The notes beneath the pieces are model-generated. The model was not told the DNA's origin. It was given only the letters and a program-made list of their open reading frames with translations, and made no database searches. 64,000 nucleotides of DNA from an uncultured Spirochaetota bacterium (lineage in GTDB: Bacteria; Spirochaetota; Spirochaetia; SZUA-6; Fen-1364), in assembly GCA_963845535.1 (NCBI GenBank), contig CAWJSK010000022.1:22148-86147 (forward strand). Direction: 5' to 3'. Shown here piece by piece: positions 18,705 to 30,829 of this stretch. How positions within the stretch are numbered: position 1 is the stretch's first letter; the number at the start of each line of letters is the position of its first letter. The translations under genes and the position numbers were made by a program.

Positions 18705-20867
18705 TCAGGAAACCCCTTTGTCCGCCTCATGAGGCGCCGGCAGTCCGGCCGGAGGATTGCCCTCCTGCGGGAGCGCCTTGCCTCCGTCTTCGTCGTGCTC
18801 TATCTTGAATCGGGCCACAAGATTGTTCAGCTCCTGGGCCATGAGGAAGAGCTTCTCCGTGGCGGTCGACATCTCCTCCGCGGAGGCTGCCGCGGATTGC
18901 GTCAGGTCGTTCACCGTCTCCACCGCCTTCGACACCTGGCGCGCGTTGACCGTCTGCTCTTCCGTGGCGCTGGAGATTCCCTGGCTCATCTCGGTGACGT
19001 TCGCCAGGGCCCGGGACAGCTCCGTGATGGCGGACACCTGCCTCCCCATGGATTCAGCCAGCGCGGTGATTGTCTCATTGACCTGCTGGGAGGCGGCGCG
19101 GATCTGCTCCATGGCCATCTGGGAAGACTTCGCGGTCTTGACCCCTTCACCGACGTTCTTCACGCTTTCGCGGATCAGGGCGGAGATCTCTTTCGTGGAG
19201 GAGGCGCTGCGTTCGGCCAGCTTGCTGACTTCCTCCGCCACCACCGCAAATCCCCGGCCGTGCTCGCCGGCCCGCGCTGCTTCGATGGAAGCGTTGAGGG
19301 CGAGCAAGTTGGTCTGGTCAGCGATGTCGGAGATCACGTCGACGATCCCTCCGATCTTTTCGGAGCCCTCCGCAATACGGCTGATGCTGTCAACGACGGA
19401 TTGGACGGCGCTGGCTCCTTCCACGGCGTTCTCTGAGGACCGCCGGGCCAGTCCGGAGATCTGCTCGAAGCTCTGGGACACGGACTGGACGGCCGTACGC
19501 ACCTGTTCCATGGAGCTGGAGCCTTCCCGCAGCGCCTGCGCCTGCGACTTCGCGCTGCCCGACACCTCGTCCACCGAGGCGGCCAGCTCCTCCATGGAGG
19601 CGCTGGTTTCCTCCAGGGTGGATGCCTGGCTCTGGGCGTCTTCTGCAAGTCTCCCTGCGCTCGTCAAGATCTCCTGGCTCGAGTGGGCCACCTGCGACGC
19701 GCTTTCCTGCACCGTGGTCACCACCTCACGCAGGCGGCTGGCCATCTCGTTGAGAGCCGTTCCCAGCGTTCCCACCTCGTCGTGCTGGCGAATCTCCAGC
19801 GTCTGCGTGAAATCTCCTTCCGCGATCTGCTGGGCGAACTCCACGCCTTTCGTCAGGGGCCGCGTAATGGCGCGGGTTATTGCCAGGGCGATGACGGCTC
19901 CCAGGACCGCGGCGGCGACGATCCCCGCCACCAGCATGATGATGGCTGTCATGATGCGCGTGACGGTCAGCTTCGTGATGCCGCCGGCGTCCTTGAGCCC
20001 TTCATCGGAAATCTGCTGCGCGGCATCCAGCACCGCCTGTGCGGTGGCAACCTGGGAGGTGTTCACCTGCACGAGCTTGGTAGCCCCGTCGAGGACAATC
20101 TGGCACGACTGCTGATACACCTCGGCGGCCTTGGCAAAGGCGTCCAGTTGCACCTTGTCGTCCCGCCCCACGGTGGGGAGAACGCGCCAGGCGTCCAACC
20201 TGCTGCTGAGGTCTGCAAAGCCCTCCATGGCGTCCTTGAGGAACGAAGGATCATCGGTAGCTTGGGTCTGGAAGTTGGCGATCTTCAGCGCGTTGCCAGC
20301 GTCCCGCATGTCGTTGGCGATGGATATCTCCTGGAGGATGCTTCTCTGTCCGCCCGCCGATGCGCGCCGGAGGTCCACCGTCTTCTTGAGGATGTAGTTG
20401 GAAAGTCCGTTCGTCAGCGTGGAGCCCGCCGCCGACTGGTCCATTCGCGCCGTAATGATGGTGGAGTTGACGTTTGCCGTGTCCTGTATCAGCGCGTCGT
20501 ATTCGCCCACTTTCGTCTTGGCATCCGCCACGTTTTTCTTGAGAACGACGAGCCGCGGGTATTTCGCGGCGAGGGCGTCCGCGTCCTGCAGGTACTGCTG
20601 CGTTTCCTGAAGGTGCTGGGTGGCCTTGTCCAGGGAGTCCGAGTCCATGGTGAGGAGGAAGCCGCGGAAGCTGTACATGGCTTGCAGCAGGCTGCGCTCG
20701 ATGTTGTTGGCCACCGCAACTTCGGGGACCGTCTCCTTGTCCAGGCGGCTCGCGTCCCCCTGGACCCCCCACATGTTCCACAGCTCAATGGCGCCCACCG
20801 CGGCGGCGATCACGATCACGAGAGCAAAGCCTGCGCCGATTTTCACGGCCACGCGCGTCATTCTCAT
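18705..20867 (-). CDS. methyl-accepting chemotaxis protein (large helical periplasmic domain, HAMP)
   Basis: Two TM segments, HAMP (DEVG.L...LNEM), [30 protein letters not shown]. Confidence 0.96.
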   Translation of the reverse strand: MRMTRVAVKIGAGFALVIVIAAAVGAIELWNMWGVQGDASRLDKETVPEVAVANNIERSLLQAMYSFRGFLLTMDSDSLDKATQHLQETQQYLQDADALAAKYPRLVVLKKNVADAKTKVGEYDALIQDTANVNSTIITARMDQSAAGSTLTNGLSNYILKKTVDLRRASAGGQRSILQEISIANDMRDAGNALKIANFQTQATDDPSFLKDAMEGFADLSSRLDAWRVLPTVGRDDKVQLDAFAKAAEVYQQSCQIVLDGATKLVQVNTSQVATAQAVLDAAQQISDEGLKDAGGITKLTVTRIMTAIIMLVAGIVAAAVLGAVIALAITRAITRPLTKGVEFAQQIAEGDFTQTLEIRQHDEVGTLGTALNEMASRLREVVTTVQESASQVAHSSQEILTSAGRLAEDAQSQASTLEETSASMEELAASVDEVSGSAKSQAQALREGSSSMEQVRTAVQSVSQSFEQISGLARRSSENAVEGASAVQSVVDSISRIAEGSEKIGGIVDVISDIADQTNLLALNASIEAARAGEHGRGFAVVAEEVSKLAERSASSTKEISALIRESVKNVGEGVKTAKSSQMAMEQIRAASQQVNETITALAESMGRQVSAITELSRALANVTEMSQGISSATEEQTVNARQVSKAVETVNDLTQSAAASAEEMSTATEKLFLMAQELNNLVARFKIEHDEDGGKALPQEGNPPAGLPAPHEADKGVS

Positions 20868-20919
20868 ACCTTCGCCTTCCTGGCGTCCGTTTTCTCCTCG
20901 CGGCGGATGGGCTCTCCTT

Positions 20920-21934
20920 CTATCGAAGTCTCCTTCCCACCACCTTCTGCAGCGCGACAGACACGACTATGATGAGACCATAGATCACGTATGTCCAGTA
21001 TCCCGTCAGTCCCGCGGCCACAATCCCGCCCTGGATGGCCCCGATGATGAAAGACCCTACGAAAGTGCCGAAGATCGTCCCCATGCCGCCGAATACGGAG
21101 GTCCCGCCAAGGAAGACCGAAGCGAGCGTATTCAACAGGTATCCGTCACCGAGGGTGGGCCAGAAGAAGAGCACGTCCTCGCTGACCACGAATCCCGAGA
21201 ACGCCGCGGCCGCCCCGACTGCCGCGAAGGCGATGATTTTCGTCCTGTCCACGTTCACGCCCATGAGGCGCGCGCTTTCTATGTTGTCTCCCGTGAGGTA
21301 CACGTGGGCGCCAAGGCGGTGCCGATTGAGGAAGAACCACACGATCAGGCCGATGATGATGGTCCATACGAACTGCATGGGGAATGATCCCGGCGATTTT
21401 GCCAACGAGCGCCGGGTAGAGGACGGTGTTCTGAACGTCGGTCATCCCCATGCCCTGTCCGTTGGTGAGGACCATGACAGCGCCGCGCCAGAAGAACTGG
21501 GTGCCAATGGTGGCGACAAGCGATGGAATGCCGATTTTCGTGACGATCACACCGTTGAGAAGACCGGCCACCATTCCCCCCAGGATGCAGCCAATGAAGC
21601 CGAGCGCCACACTGTGCGTCAGGGTGAACACGAGGTCGAAGATTGTCATGCCGAAAGCCATGACCGACGGGAATGAGAGGTCGATCTCTCCGGTAATGAC
21701 CACAAGCGTCAAGGGAATGGCGATGAGCGCAAAGTATGGCGTCGTGGACATGAAGGCGATGTAGATGTTCCCGGCCAGGAACGTCTGCGGTGAGCCAATG
21801 AGAAAGAGGACCCAGATGAACAGGGCCACGAATACAATGCCGATCTGCAGGGGATAGGCGCGCAGAAACGCCGAGATCCGGCCCTTTCCCGCCGTGGGGG
21901 ATAACGGCCTCCCTGCTTCCTGTATCTGGCTCAT
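20920..21934 (-). CDS. sugar ABC transporter permease (RbsC-like), frameshifted near 21380
   Basis: [33 protein letters not shown] split across two ORFs at a GGGG run (21379-21382). Confidence 0.88.
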
Positions 21935-22781
21935 CCCTTTCTCCTTCCTTTTGCCACCACTTTCACCGGCCTTTGTGCCGGACCTTTCGTCGCCGTCTTT
22001 GCGGCCATGCGCTTCCTGGGCGTGGTATCCAGGTGCCCGGTCTGCGCTACAGCCTGCAGCCGGTCGATCAACTCCTGAAGCGAGAGATCGTTCTTCATGA
22101 ACTGGCCGGCCACCGTTCCCCTGTCCAGGACGACGATCCTGTCCGCCACGGGGTACACGTGAAAGATGTTGTGGTCGATGAAGATGGCGGACTTGCCTGC
22201 GGCCTTGATGCCCGCCACGAAATCAAGGCACTTCTTCGTTTCAGAAAGAGAGAGTCCCATGGTGGGCTCATCCAGGATGATCATCTCCGCCTTGAAGTAC
22301 AGCGCTCGAGTGATGGCCACTCCCTGGCGCTCGCCGCCGGAGAACGTCTTGACCATGGACTCCGGGTTGATGGCCGACGAGGTGAACCCCATCAGGGTGT
22401 GCATGAGCTTTCGGGTCTCTTCCCGCATGGTCCGCAGGTCGAGCCTTCCCCATCCGTCGGACAGCTCGCGTCCCATGAAGATGTTCCGCCAGAGGGACTG
22501 CTGGTCCGCAAGCGCCCGTTCCTGGTAGACGACCTCGATTCCCAGGTCGCGGGCCCGGGCAACGCTCAGATGGTCTATCTTCTTTCCCTTCAAGTACATC
22601 TCGCCCCCGGCGTCAGGCTGGTGGTAGCCAGTGATGATCTTCACCAAGGTCGATTTCCCGCGCCGTTGTCTCCCAGCAAGCCCACAATCTCGTTCGCTCC
22701 GACCTCGAAGTTGATGTCGTGAAGGGCCGCGACCTCTCCGAAGGTCTTGGAGACGTTCTTCATCTTCAGGAAGTGATCCAT
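21931..22781 (-). CDS. sugar ABC transporter ATP-binding protein, frameshifted near 22655
   Basis: MDHFLKMKNVSKTFG...LLGDNGAG joins KSTLVK only with a 1-nt shift; FSGGERQ, ILDEPT. Confidence 0.88.
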
Positions 22782-22802
22782 GGATTCTCCTCGTTAAGGA
22801 AA

Positions 22803-22832
22803 GGGCGGCCGGGGCTCAAGCCCCGACCGCCC
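22803..22832 (-). terminator. GC-rich stem-loop after the SBP gene (attenuator or mRNA stabiliser)
   Basis: GGGCGGCCGGGGC-TCAA-GCCCCGACCGCCC. Confidence 0.6.
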
Positions 22833-22849
22833 CGTTCTGATTCAGGATA

Positions 22850-23839
22850 TCAGCGAATGTTCTTTTCAGCCAGCGGCGCCACCAGGTCGACGTTGCTCTT
22901 GTCAACAAAGCCAGCGCCCGTGTTGATGTGCAGGCCGGAATAGCCATACACCTTCGTGAGGCAGATCTGCAGGATGGGCAGGTAGCCCTGGAGCCATTCC
23001 TGCTGGTCGATCACCAACCCGGTCCAGCCGCCCTTGATGGCCGCTATGGTTGCGGGGGAAAGATCGAAACCTGCAACGGCGATCTGCCCAGGCTTCTTGC
23101 CGGCGGCCTCGAGGTACTTCTGGGCAGTGGCTGTCAGGCCACCGTGGTCGATCACAACCAGCTTCACGTCCGGGTGCGAGGAGACATAACCCGCAAACGT
23201 CGGGACTCCGGCAACGGGGTCCGCATTGGTGGCTGCATCAATGGGGATGTAATCCACGATCATGCCGGCTGCCTTGAGCGCGTCAATGACGCCCTTGGTC
23301 CGCTCTCCGCGCGCGGGCTGCTCCAGCAAGCCCCACACCATGGCGCGTTCTCCGCTCTTCAGGTTGAAGGTCTTCACGGCCTGCACGCCAAGCGCGTGTC
23401 CCGCCGGATAGTTCTCTGCGCCCACGTAGCCGAAGCCCTTGGACGCGTACTTCGCTTCCGCCTTGTCCAGCGTGGTGTTCTGGCTGGTGACGATGATGCC
23501 CTGCTTTTCCGCCTGATCGATGAGAGCGTCAAAAGCCGCATCACCCGGGTGACCCATGATTGCGATCCCGTCGGGCCGAGTTGCCATGGCCTCGCGGAAC
23601 TGCTGGATCATCTGCTGGGGGTCCCAGTTGGACCACACATAGTTGACTTTGCAGCCCAAGTCTGAAGCCGCCTGGACCGCGCCGTTGTACACGTTCACCG
23701 CAAAAACGCCGCCCTGCGGCCCGCCCGGGAAGAACACGATCCGGACATGGGAGGCCCAACCCTTGTTCTGTGCGGGGGCCATTGCGACTACTGCTAGCGC
23801 AAAGACCGCCACAGCGATAGTGAGGACTTTGGACTTCAT
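22850..23839 (-). CDS. sugar ABC transporter substrate-binding protein
   Basis: Signal peptide, PDGIA, YVG.EN..AG, AGFDL, IDQQ..LQGY. Confidence 0.9.
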   Translation of the reverse strand: MKSKVLTIAVAVFALAVVAMAPAQNKGWASHVRIVFFPGGPQGGVFAVNVYNGAVQAASDLGCKVNYVWSNWDPQQMIQQFREAMATRPDGIAIMGHPGDAAFDALIDQAEKQGIIVTSQNTTLDKAEAKYASKGFGYVGAENYPAGHALGVQAVKTFNLKSGERAMVWGLLEQPARGERTKGVIDALKAAGMIVDYIPIDAATNADPVAGVPTFAGYVSSHPDVKLVVIDHGGLTATAQKYLEAAGKKPGQIAVAGFDLSPATIAAIKGGWTGLVIDQQEWLQGYLPILQICLTKVYGYSGLHINTGAGFVDKSNVDLVAPLAEKNIR

Positions 23840-23894
23840 ACGCCAAACCTCCTTGAAGATTTATCCCGACCCCAACGGGGCCGTTTGAGAGACC

Positions 23895-24899
23895 TCATAA
23901 CTGGCGGCTGTTCTCCGCCTCCATGGTTCCGCGGTAGGTGTCGACGTTCCTGCGGTCCACGAAGATCACCCCCGTGTCTATTACGCGCGGGAGCGGCCTG
24001 TTGGCCACCGCATCCAGAAGACGCTCCACGGAAAGCCATCCCATTTTGTACGTGTTCTGCACGACGCAGAACACGATGGACCCGTCACGGATCCCCTGCA
24101 CCGTGTCCCCCAGGTCATCGAATCCGGCCACGAGGATCTTCCCTGTCTTTCCTTCTCTCTTCACCACCGCGGCCGCCGCGGGCGCCCCTTCGGCCGAGAC
24201 GCTGAAGATTGCGGCAAGGTCGGGATGCTCCGCCAGGAGGGTCTCCGTCTTGTTCACGGATTCGGAGAAGTCCCCGCCCTCATCAATGACTCCAACGAGC
24301 GTGATCCTTGGCGCTGCCTCGGTGAGCGCCCTCGTGAACCCGCGCGTTCTGAGGTTGAGGTTCGTGGCGTCGAGGCCGCCTTGGAGCACGGCAATCGAGC
24401 CGCGGTCCGCCATTGCGGCAGCCATGCGCTTTCCCGCCTCATAGCCGGCGCTTTCGTTGTCCGTGCCGATGTAGGTGAGCGCTTCGCTTGAAGGCGCCGG
24501 GGCGTCGAATGTGATGACCTTGATGCCCGCTTGCGCGGCCTCATGGATCACGGAAACGAGCCCCTTGTCGTCGTTGGCGGAGATGGCAATACCGTTGACC
24601 CCGCGGGCAATCAGGTCTTTGATCACTTTCACCTGGAGAGCCACGTCGAACCGAGGGGGAGCGTCGACCTCCGAGATGACGCCGTACCGGGTCGCCGCCT
24701 CCGTGAAACCCTTGTACACCGGCTCGTAATAGGGGTGGACTCCTTTGGGCACCATGACGAAGACCATCTGGCGGGTGTTCCCCGTTTGAGAGCCGGCTGT
24801 GCTCTGCGGTTCGAATGCCCCGCGCGCAAACATCACCCCTGCTGCAAGGAGGAAAAGCGCCAAAAGGGACGTAAGAAGAACCTTCCAGAGGCGTGGCAT
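23895..24899 (-). CDS. second periplasmic sugar-binding protein (RbsB-like)
   Basis: VPKGVHPYY, ITFDA, YIGTDN..AG, AGFDD, VQN.YKMG. Confidence 0.9.
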   Translation of the reverse strand: MPRLWKVLLTSLLALFLLAAGVMFARGAFEPQSTAGSQTGNTRQMVFVMVPKGVHPYYEPVYKGFTEAATRYGVISEVDAPPRFDVALQVKVIKDLIARGVNGIAISANDDKGLVSVIHEAAQAGIKVITFDAPAPSSEALTYIGTDNESAGYEAGKRMAAAMADRGSIAVLQGGLDATNLNLRTRGFTRALTEAAPRITLVGVIDEGGDFSESVNKTETLLAEHPDLAAIFSVSAEGAPAAAAVVKREGKTGKILVAGFDDLGDTVQGIRDGSIVFCVVQNTYKMGWLSVERLLDAVANRPLPRVIDTGVIFVDRRNVDTYRGTMEAENSRQL

Positions 24900-24921
24900 G
24901 TGTTTGTTGTATCCCTAGGAG

Positions 24922-24939
24922 ATGCATAAAGGGGGCCAA
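24922..24939 (-). promoter_or_regulatory. candidate sigma54 (-24/-12) promoter TTGGCCCCCTTTATGCA
   Basis: GG-N10-GC spacing just upstream of the SBP/ABC operon and next to an NtrC-family gene. Confidence 0.55.
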
Positions 24940-25077
24940 CGTCAGATGGAATCAATTTGCGAGGTAATTGTTTACGCAGCAGTGAAATGTGATGGACGAT
25001 TGATCTTATGGGTTCGGCCTGAAACTCCCGATTTCCCAGTTTGGGAAAAAGTGGGTAATGAGCGCGCGCGATGTGCC

Positions 25078-26381
25078 CTATCGGATTGCGTACCGCTTCA
25101 TCTTATTGTAGAGAGTTTTTCTGCTCATTCCCAATTCCCGAGAGGCCACGGACCTGTTGTACGCCGTTCGTTTCAGGACCTCGATGATCGCGTCACGCTC
25201 CTGCTGCCACAACTCAGGAAGGGCGGCATCCCCGGACCCTTCCAGGAGGAAGTCCTGGGCCAGGAGCGGACGGTTCTGCTCCGAGAGGAGCACCGCCGAC
25301 TCCACGGCATTCTTCAGCTCGCGGACGTTGCCGAGCCACTGGTATGAGCGGAGGAAACGAACCGCTTCCCGGGATATCTCAACCCCGGGCTTGTTGTAGC
25401 GGCGGCGGTAAAGCCCGAGGAAAAGAGAAAGAAGAGGCTCGATGTCCTCCCGTCTGTCGCGAAGCGGGGGGATAGTGACCGCAAGCCCTTTCAGACGGTA
25501 GTAGAGGTCCAGGCGGAACTTCTTCTCCCTTATCATGGCGGACAGGTCGCAGTTGGTGGAAGCGATGATCCTGGCGGAAAGGGGGATTGAGCGCGTGGAG
25601 CCTACCGGTTCGAAGGTCCGTTCCTCCAACGCGCGCAGCAGCTTCGTCTGGAGGTGGAGCCCCATGTCCCCGATCTCATCAAGGAAGATCGTGCCTGACC
25701 CCGCGGCCTCGAACTTGCCCATTGCGGCGGAATGGGCGTCCGTGAAGGCGCCCTTTTCGTGCCCGAACAGCTCGCTTTCCAGAAGCTCGGGAGGGATGGC
25801 TGCGCAGTTTATCGCCACGAAGGGGCGGCTGCCGCGGGAGCTCTTTTCATGGACAAAGCGGGCCAGCATCTCCTTGCCCGTGCCGCTCTCTCCCTGCAGG
25901 AGCACGGGATCTCTGAGTCCATGATCTTGCGCAGCGTCTCCACGATGTGCTTCATGGACTGGCTCATGGCAATGAGCCCGTCCTGGTTCGAGGGCGCGGG
26001 CTCCGCGTTCTGAGCCCCCAGGCACAAGCGGTCCGCGAGCGCCACGATGTCGTGGTTGTCGAAAGGCTTCTGGAGATAGTCGACGGCGCCCAGCTTCATT
26101 GCCCTCACGGCGGTATCCACGGAGGCGAATGCCGTGATGATCACAACCGCCGTTCCGGCAGCCTTGAGGTCCGGCAGAAGGTCGGTGCCGCTCAAGTCCG
26201 GCAGCTTCAAGTCGACGAACGCGCAGTCGAACCTCTCCGCCTTGGCCCGCTTGCGCGCCTCCGAGCCCGTTGCCGCGCTTGCCACGCGGTAGCCTTCGAG
26301 AGAGAGCGCCTTCTCCAGGCCGAGCCGCATCCCTTCCTCGTCATCGACGATGAGCAGTGAGAATCCGCGCCGGCTCAACAT
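25078..26381 (-). CDS. sigma54-dependent NtrC/AtoC-family response regulator, frameshifted near 25908
   Basis: Receiver (VDDE, DLKLPD, KP), [42 protein letters not shown], Fis HTH; split at a CCC run. Confidence 0.92.
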
Positions 26382-28153
26382 GCCTCTTCCTTTCGCGGGA
26401 AAAGAAGCGTCACGGTGGTGCCCACCCCGGGTTCCCCTGATGCGTCGATGGCTCCGCCATGCAGCTTCATGATGGTCTGGCTGAGCGCAAGGCCGAGCCC
26501 CGTCCCGTAGCCTTTCTTGCGCGTCACGAAGGGCCGAAAGATGGAGGCCCGTGTGTCCTCATCCATGCCCTCTCCGTTGTCGCTGACCGTGACGCGGAAA
26601 CCCGCTCCGTCCACCTGCGCGTCAATGCGCACCAACCCGTGATCATGATGGATGGCCTGGATGGCGTTATACAGAAGATTGAAGAAAACCTGCTTGATGG
26701 CGTCAGCATCCCCCTCCACGACGGCGCTTGGAGGGAACGGCGCAACCTCCACGCGCACCCCTTTCAGCCGGAGCTTGGGCATGAAGAGCTGCACCACTTC
26801 CGAGACCACCCCTTCCAGGGACAGGTCGCTGAAGGAGAGCTCCTCATCCGTGGCGTGCTGCAGGAGGTTCCTGAGGAGCCGGTTCACGCGCTTGATCTCG
26901 GACTCCATCCGCTCGAGGAAGCTCTGCTGCTCGCCTTCCTCCAGCTTTCCCGATCTCAGGAGCTGGACGTGGTTCAGGATGATGCCAAGCGGGTTGTTGA
27001 TCTCGTGCGCTATTCCGGCGGAAAATCGCCCCAGGGCAGCCATCTTTTCGCTGGTGACGAGCATCCGTTTGCTCTCCTCCAGGCGCGCCGCGTTCTCCTC
27101 AAGCTCTTCCGCCATGCGGGTGAACCCGCGGTAAAGCTCGCCGAACTCGTCGTTGCGTTCCACCGGCAGGCGGATGCCGTAGTCCCCCCGGCCAATCCGG
27201 ATGGATGCGGCGAGCAGCGAGCGGATGGCGGCAATCACCTGGCTTCCCCAGAGCAGGAACAGCACCGTGGCCACGCCGACGCAGATGAGCGGAATGATGG
27301 ACAGCCGGAGGAAGTTCCGCAGCCAGTCCGCGATGGTGTTCGATGAGGGACCCCCGACGAAGAGAAACGCCTTGGCGGACGGGCCCATCTCGAGGTAGGA
27401 GCCTATGTACTTGTACGTCTGGCCCCGGAAGCGGTAGCTGCCGGAAAATGGGCTGCCCGTCATGGGATGGGCGCGCGTCCACAGCACTCCCGCCGTGTCG
27501 ATTCCCGGCAGGGAGGAATAGCGGTACAGACCTTGCGCGTAGAAGGCGATTTCTATGCCGGCGCGCAGGGAGAGGGTCTCCAGGTAGCTCCTGTTGAAGG
27601 CTTTCTGCAGCGAGATCATGCCGATCTCTTCCCCGTTTCGAAAGACCGGCATGTAGAACGTGGCGTAGATGCCATCCGACATCTGCGCGTACTCCGGCTG
27701 GCCCGCAAGGCTGGCGGGCAGGCCGTGAGGCACGCTGTCGCTGATGTAGGTGGAGTTGCCCACAACCACGACAGCCGCGTAGTGGTCTTTCTCCACGCGG
27801 TACACGGCAATCGTGTCGATTGCCTCGCTCAGGAGATGGTTCTCCAGGTCATCGCGGAGCACCGCGATGTCCCCGTCCAGCGTGTCCTTGCTGAAGTAGC
27901 CCCAGTACTTGTTGTAGACGTACAGCTTCGACTGGAGCGTCGGAGAAAGGGCAAGGCGCGCTATGCCCGCCCTGTAGCGCAGCTCGGTTGCCGCAATGTC
28001 CTTCTTGATGAGCGATAGGGAGGAGCGGAAACGTGACTCTTGCGATCGGCCGCCGCTTTCCACCACCAGAGCCGCGGCCACGCCGATTGCCACGAGCAGG
28101 GGAACGAGGAGGGCGCTTGCTGTGATGAAAAGAAGGCGCGCGCGAAGCTTCAC
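26375..28153 (-). CDS. membrane sensor histidine kinase with HAMP
   Basis: Two TMs, HAMP, AHEINNPL, NL..NA, DNG.G, GTGLGL. Confidence 0.93.
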   Translation of the reverse strand: MKLRARLLFITASALLVPLLVAIGVAAALVVESGGRSQESRFRSSLSLIKKDIAATELRYRAGIARLALSPTLQSKLYVYNKYWGYFSKDTLDGDIAVLRDDLENHLLSEAIDTIAVYRVEKDHYAAVVVVGNSTYISDSVPHGLPASLAGQPEYAQMSDGIYATFYMPVFRNGEEIGMISLQKAFNRSYLETLSLRAGIEIAFYAQGLYRYSSLPGIDTAGVLWTRAHPMTGSPFSGSYRFRGQTYKYIGSYLEMGPSAKAFLFVGGPSSNTIADWLRNFLRLSIIPLICVGVATVLFLLWGSQVIAAIRSLLAASIRIGRGDYGIRLPVERNDEFGELYRGFTRMAEELEENAARLEESKRMLVTSEKMAALGRFSAGIAHEINNPLGIILNHVQLLRSGKLEEGEQQSFLERMESEIKRVNRLLRNLLQHATDEELSFSDLSLEGVVSEVVQLFMPKLRLKGVRVEVAPFPPSAVVEGDADAIKQVFFNLLYNAIQAIHHDHGLVRIDAQVDGAGFRVTVSDNGEGMDEDTRASIFRPFVTRKKGYGTGLGLALSQTIMKLHGGAIDASGEPGVGTTVTLLFPRKEEAC

Positions 28154-28274
28154 GGAACGTCCTTGGGCTCTCAGTCATGGAGCGAAGAAGGATCATACCC
28201 GAAAACGGCCGCTGCCGCAAAGGGAGCAGCGGGAGGAGCGGGAGGGCGGGAAAGGCGCGAACGGCGGGAGGGAG

Positions 28275-28307
28275 CGGCGGGCCCCGCTTTCGCGCGGGGA
28301 CCCGCCG
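28275..28307 (-). terminator. GC-rich hairpin downstream of the SBP gene
   Basis: CGGCGGGCCCCGC...GCGGGGACCCGCCG inverted repeat. Confidence 0.5.
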
Positions 28308-28313
28308 GCTTTT

Positions 28314-29051
28314 CTACTCCTTGATGTACGTCTTGAAAATCGCCGCGTACTTCCCTGATGCCTTGATGGCTTTCAAACCTGCGTTGAACTTGTCCCGGAC
28401 GCTCTTGTCCGTGAACGCAACCTTGTACGCGGTGGGGGCGAAAATCTTGAAAAACGTCACCGCGGGACTCACGTCCATGTCCTTGATGTCCTGGCGGAAG
28501 TACTTGAAGATGTTGATGTCCATGACCAGGACGTCCGCCCTGTCCTTGAAGAGCATCTTGACCTGCGACTGCTGGTCAGCGATCTCGGAGTAGTTCTTGT
28601 TCGCTTTCGCCATTGCTGCGAATTCCGGGCCGAGATAATTCTTTGCCTCACCGAATGCCACAACCCGCAAGGCTTTCAGGTCGGCAACGGAATTGACCTT
28701 GAGCGCGCGTGAGGAGAGCGCTACTACGACGTTCTGGTAGCTGATGTGCGAGTCGCTGTAGTACACGCCCGTCACGCCGGAAGCCTCGTTGATGGGGAAC
28801 GCGCAGTCCGCCGTCTTGTTGGCCATGCTTACCGAGACGCGCGCAAAGGGAACGTACTCGAGCTTCAAGCCGTAGTTGGCGGCAAGGAGCGACTGGCGGA
28901 CGATGTCGGCGTCAACGCCGTTGTCCGCTCCCTGCATGATGTAGGGGGGCAGGCTGAGGCCTACCACGGCCTTCAGCTCGGTCTGGGCGCTCACGGAAAC
29001 CGTGAGAGCCGCCAGGAAAAGGGCACTGAGAACAGAGAGTTTCTTCAGCAT
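28314..29051 (-). CDS. polar amino-acid-type solute-binding protein (family 3)
   Basis: Signal peptide, LPPY, G...DIV, VPFAR, MLFK.RAD, FN.GL..IK.SG.Y. Confidence 0.85.
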   Translation of the reverse strand: MLKKLSVLSALFLAALTVSVSAQTELKAVVGLSLPPYIMQGADNGVDADIVRQSLLAANYGLKLEYVPFARVSVSMANKTADCAFPINEASGVTGVYYSDSHISYQNVVVALSSRALKVNSVADLKALRVVAFGEAKNYLGPEFAAMAKANKNYSEIADQQSQVKMLFKDRADVLVMDINIFKYFRQDIKDMDVSPAVTFFKIFAPTAYKVAFTDKSVRDKFNAGLKAIKASGKYAAIFKTYIKE

Positions 29052-30829
29052 GCGACCTCCTTTGATTCTGTCGTGCGAGCGCTTGTAACAGGAGGAGCGA
29101 TACGAGTCGTTCCACCCGCCGGAATTGCGAGGGTTGGCTTGCCGGCAAGCGCGCCCGGGCTGGACCCGGCGTCGTCCATCCCTTTCCCGTCTCCGACAGC
29201 GAACTGCTCGACGAGCTTCTTCAGCTGCTGCGCGAGGTTCGAGAGCTCATGCGTCCCGTCTGACATTTCGCCGGCGGCAGCGGCGGCTTCCTGCGTCAGC
29301 TCGTTCACGTTCTCCATGGCGGTTGCCACCTGCCGCGCGTTCGTGGTCTGCTCCTCCGTTGCCGCGGAAATGCTATGGGACATTTCCGTCACTGACTCTA
29401 TGGCCGTCGCCACGGCCGCGATGGACTGGATCTGGGCCTGGATCCGGCTCGAAAGGGCCCCGATTGCCTGGTTGGTATTCTGCGCGCCCGCGATGATCGC
29501 GTTCATGGCCGAAAGCGCCCCTTGAGCCACCTTGACCCCGTTGACCACGTTCTGCTTGCTGTCGCTGATCAGCCTCTCGATCTCACGCGTGGATGAAGCG
29601 CTTCGTTCCGCGAGCTTGCTGACTTCCTGAGCCACGACGGCGAACCCCCGTCCGTGCTCGCCGGCCCGGGCGGCCTCGATGGACGCGTTCAAGGAGAGGA
29701 GGTTCGTCTGGTCGGCAATGTCGGAGATCACTGTGACGATGCTGACGATCTGCTCGGATTTTTCGGAGATCGACTGGATGGCCTGCACGGTGGCGTTCAC
29801 GGCTTCGACGCCGGAGTGGGCCATGCGCAATGACTCCTGCGAGGAGGCCGAAACGGTGTCCAACGTGCCGGAGACGTCCTCTGCGGAAGAGCGCATTTCG
29901 CTCATGGAGGCGGAAGAACGTTCCACCGAGGCCGCCTGACTCTGCGCATGTGAGGCAACCTGCTCCACGCTGGAGGTCAACTCCTCCACGGACGCGCTGG
30001 TTTCTTCCAGCGTCGCCGCCTGGCTCTGCGCGCTGCCCGCGAGTTGCTGGGAGCCCTCCGAGAGATGCGTGCTGGATCCGGCCAGCAGGTCAGCGGTCCC
30101 ACGGATCTGTGTCACCATGCTTCGCAGCCGCGTGATCATTTCGTTGATCCCTGATGCCAAGCTCCCGAGCTCATCACGGGAGGTGAACGGCACGGTGTCG
30201 CTGAGATCTCCCCGGGCAATACGCGCCACCGCCGCGTCCACGAGCGCGACAGGCCGGCCAACCAGGAACCGCGTGACAAGGAAGGTGGAAAGGGCCAGGA
30301 CCAGGATGACGGCAAGGGTCATGACGGAGGTCCGAACGAGCTCAGCGGCAAGCTGCGCCTCGGCTGACGCATTCGAGAAGTAGACGTCGACGCTTCCGAT
30401 CGTCTTGTCCTGGAACGTAATGTTCGCCTGCAGCTTCAGGAGCTTTGATGCGGCAAGGTCCTTTGCGTTCGCCTCCGAGTAGTCGACCGTCTTCGCGCTC
30501 TGGTCCTTGACCTTTCCGCGGACGCCTGAGTCAGTGGTGACCACGATTGCCCGAACGTCCGTGTCCAGCATTTCCAGGCTCACCAGCGTGTCGGCTGTCG
30601 CGGTGTCCATGTTCCATAAGGGGAGGGCAAGGCTGGCGGGAAGGCGCTGCGCCATTTGCTTCTCCCGCGTCTGGATGGATTGATTGAGCCTCTGCGACAT
30701 CTGCGCGTAGGAGAAGAACTCGTTTCCCCCCATAACAAGGAGGAGGACCGCCATTTGGACGACGATTATTTTTGTGGAAATCGAGCTTCTTCCCTGACCG
30801 CGTGCGGTAATTCCATCTTGGCTTTTCAT
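29045..30829 (-). CDS. methyl-accepting chemotaxis protein (small periplasmic domain)
   Basis: Two TMs, HAMP (SRDELG.LA..INEM), MCP signalling motif. Confidence 0.95.
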   Translation of the reverse strand: MKSQDGITARGQGRSSISTKIIVVQMAVLLLVMGGNEFFSYAQMSQRLNQSIQTREKQMAQRLPASLALPLWNMDTATADTLVSLEMLDTDVRAIVVTTDSGVRGKVKDQSAKTVDYSEANAKDLAASKLLKLQANITFQDKTIGSVDVYFSNASAEAQLAAELVRTSVMTLAVILVLALSTFLVTRFLVGRPVALVDAAVARIARGDLSDTVPFTSRDELGSLASGINEMITRLRSMVTQIRGTADLLAGSSTHLSEGSQQLAGSAQSQAATLEETSASVEELTSSVEQVASHAQSQAASVERSSASMSEMRSSAEDVSGTLDTVSASSQESLRMAHSGVEAVNATVQAIQSISEKSEQIVSIVTVISDIADQTNLLSLNASIEAARAGEHGRGFAVVAQEVSKLAERSASSTREIERLISDSKQNVVNGVKVAQGALSAMNAIIAGAQNTNQAIGALSSRIQAQIQSIAAVATAIESVTEMSHSISAATEEQTTNARQVATAMENVNELTQEAAAAAGEMSDGTHELSNLAQQLKKLVEQFAVGDGKGMDDAGSSPGALAGKPTLAIPAGGTTRIAPPVTSARTTESKEVAC

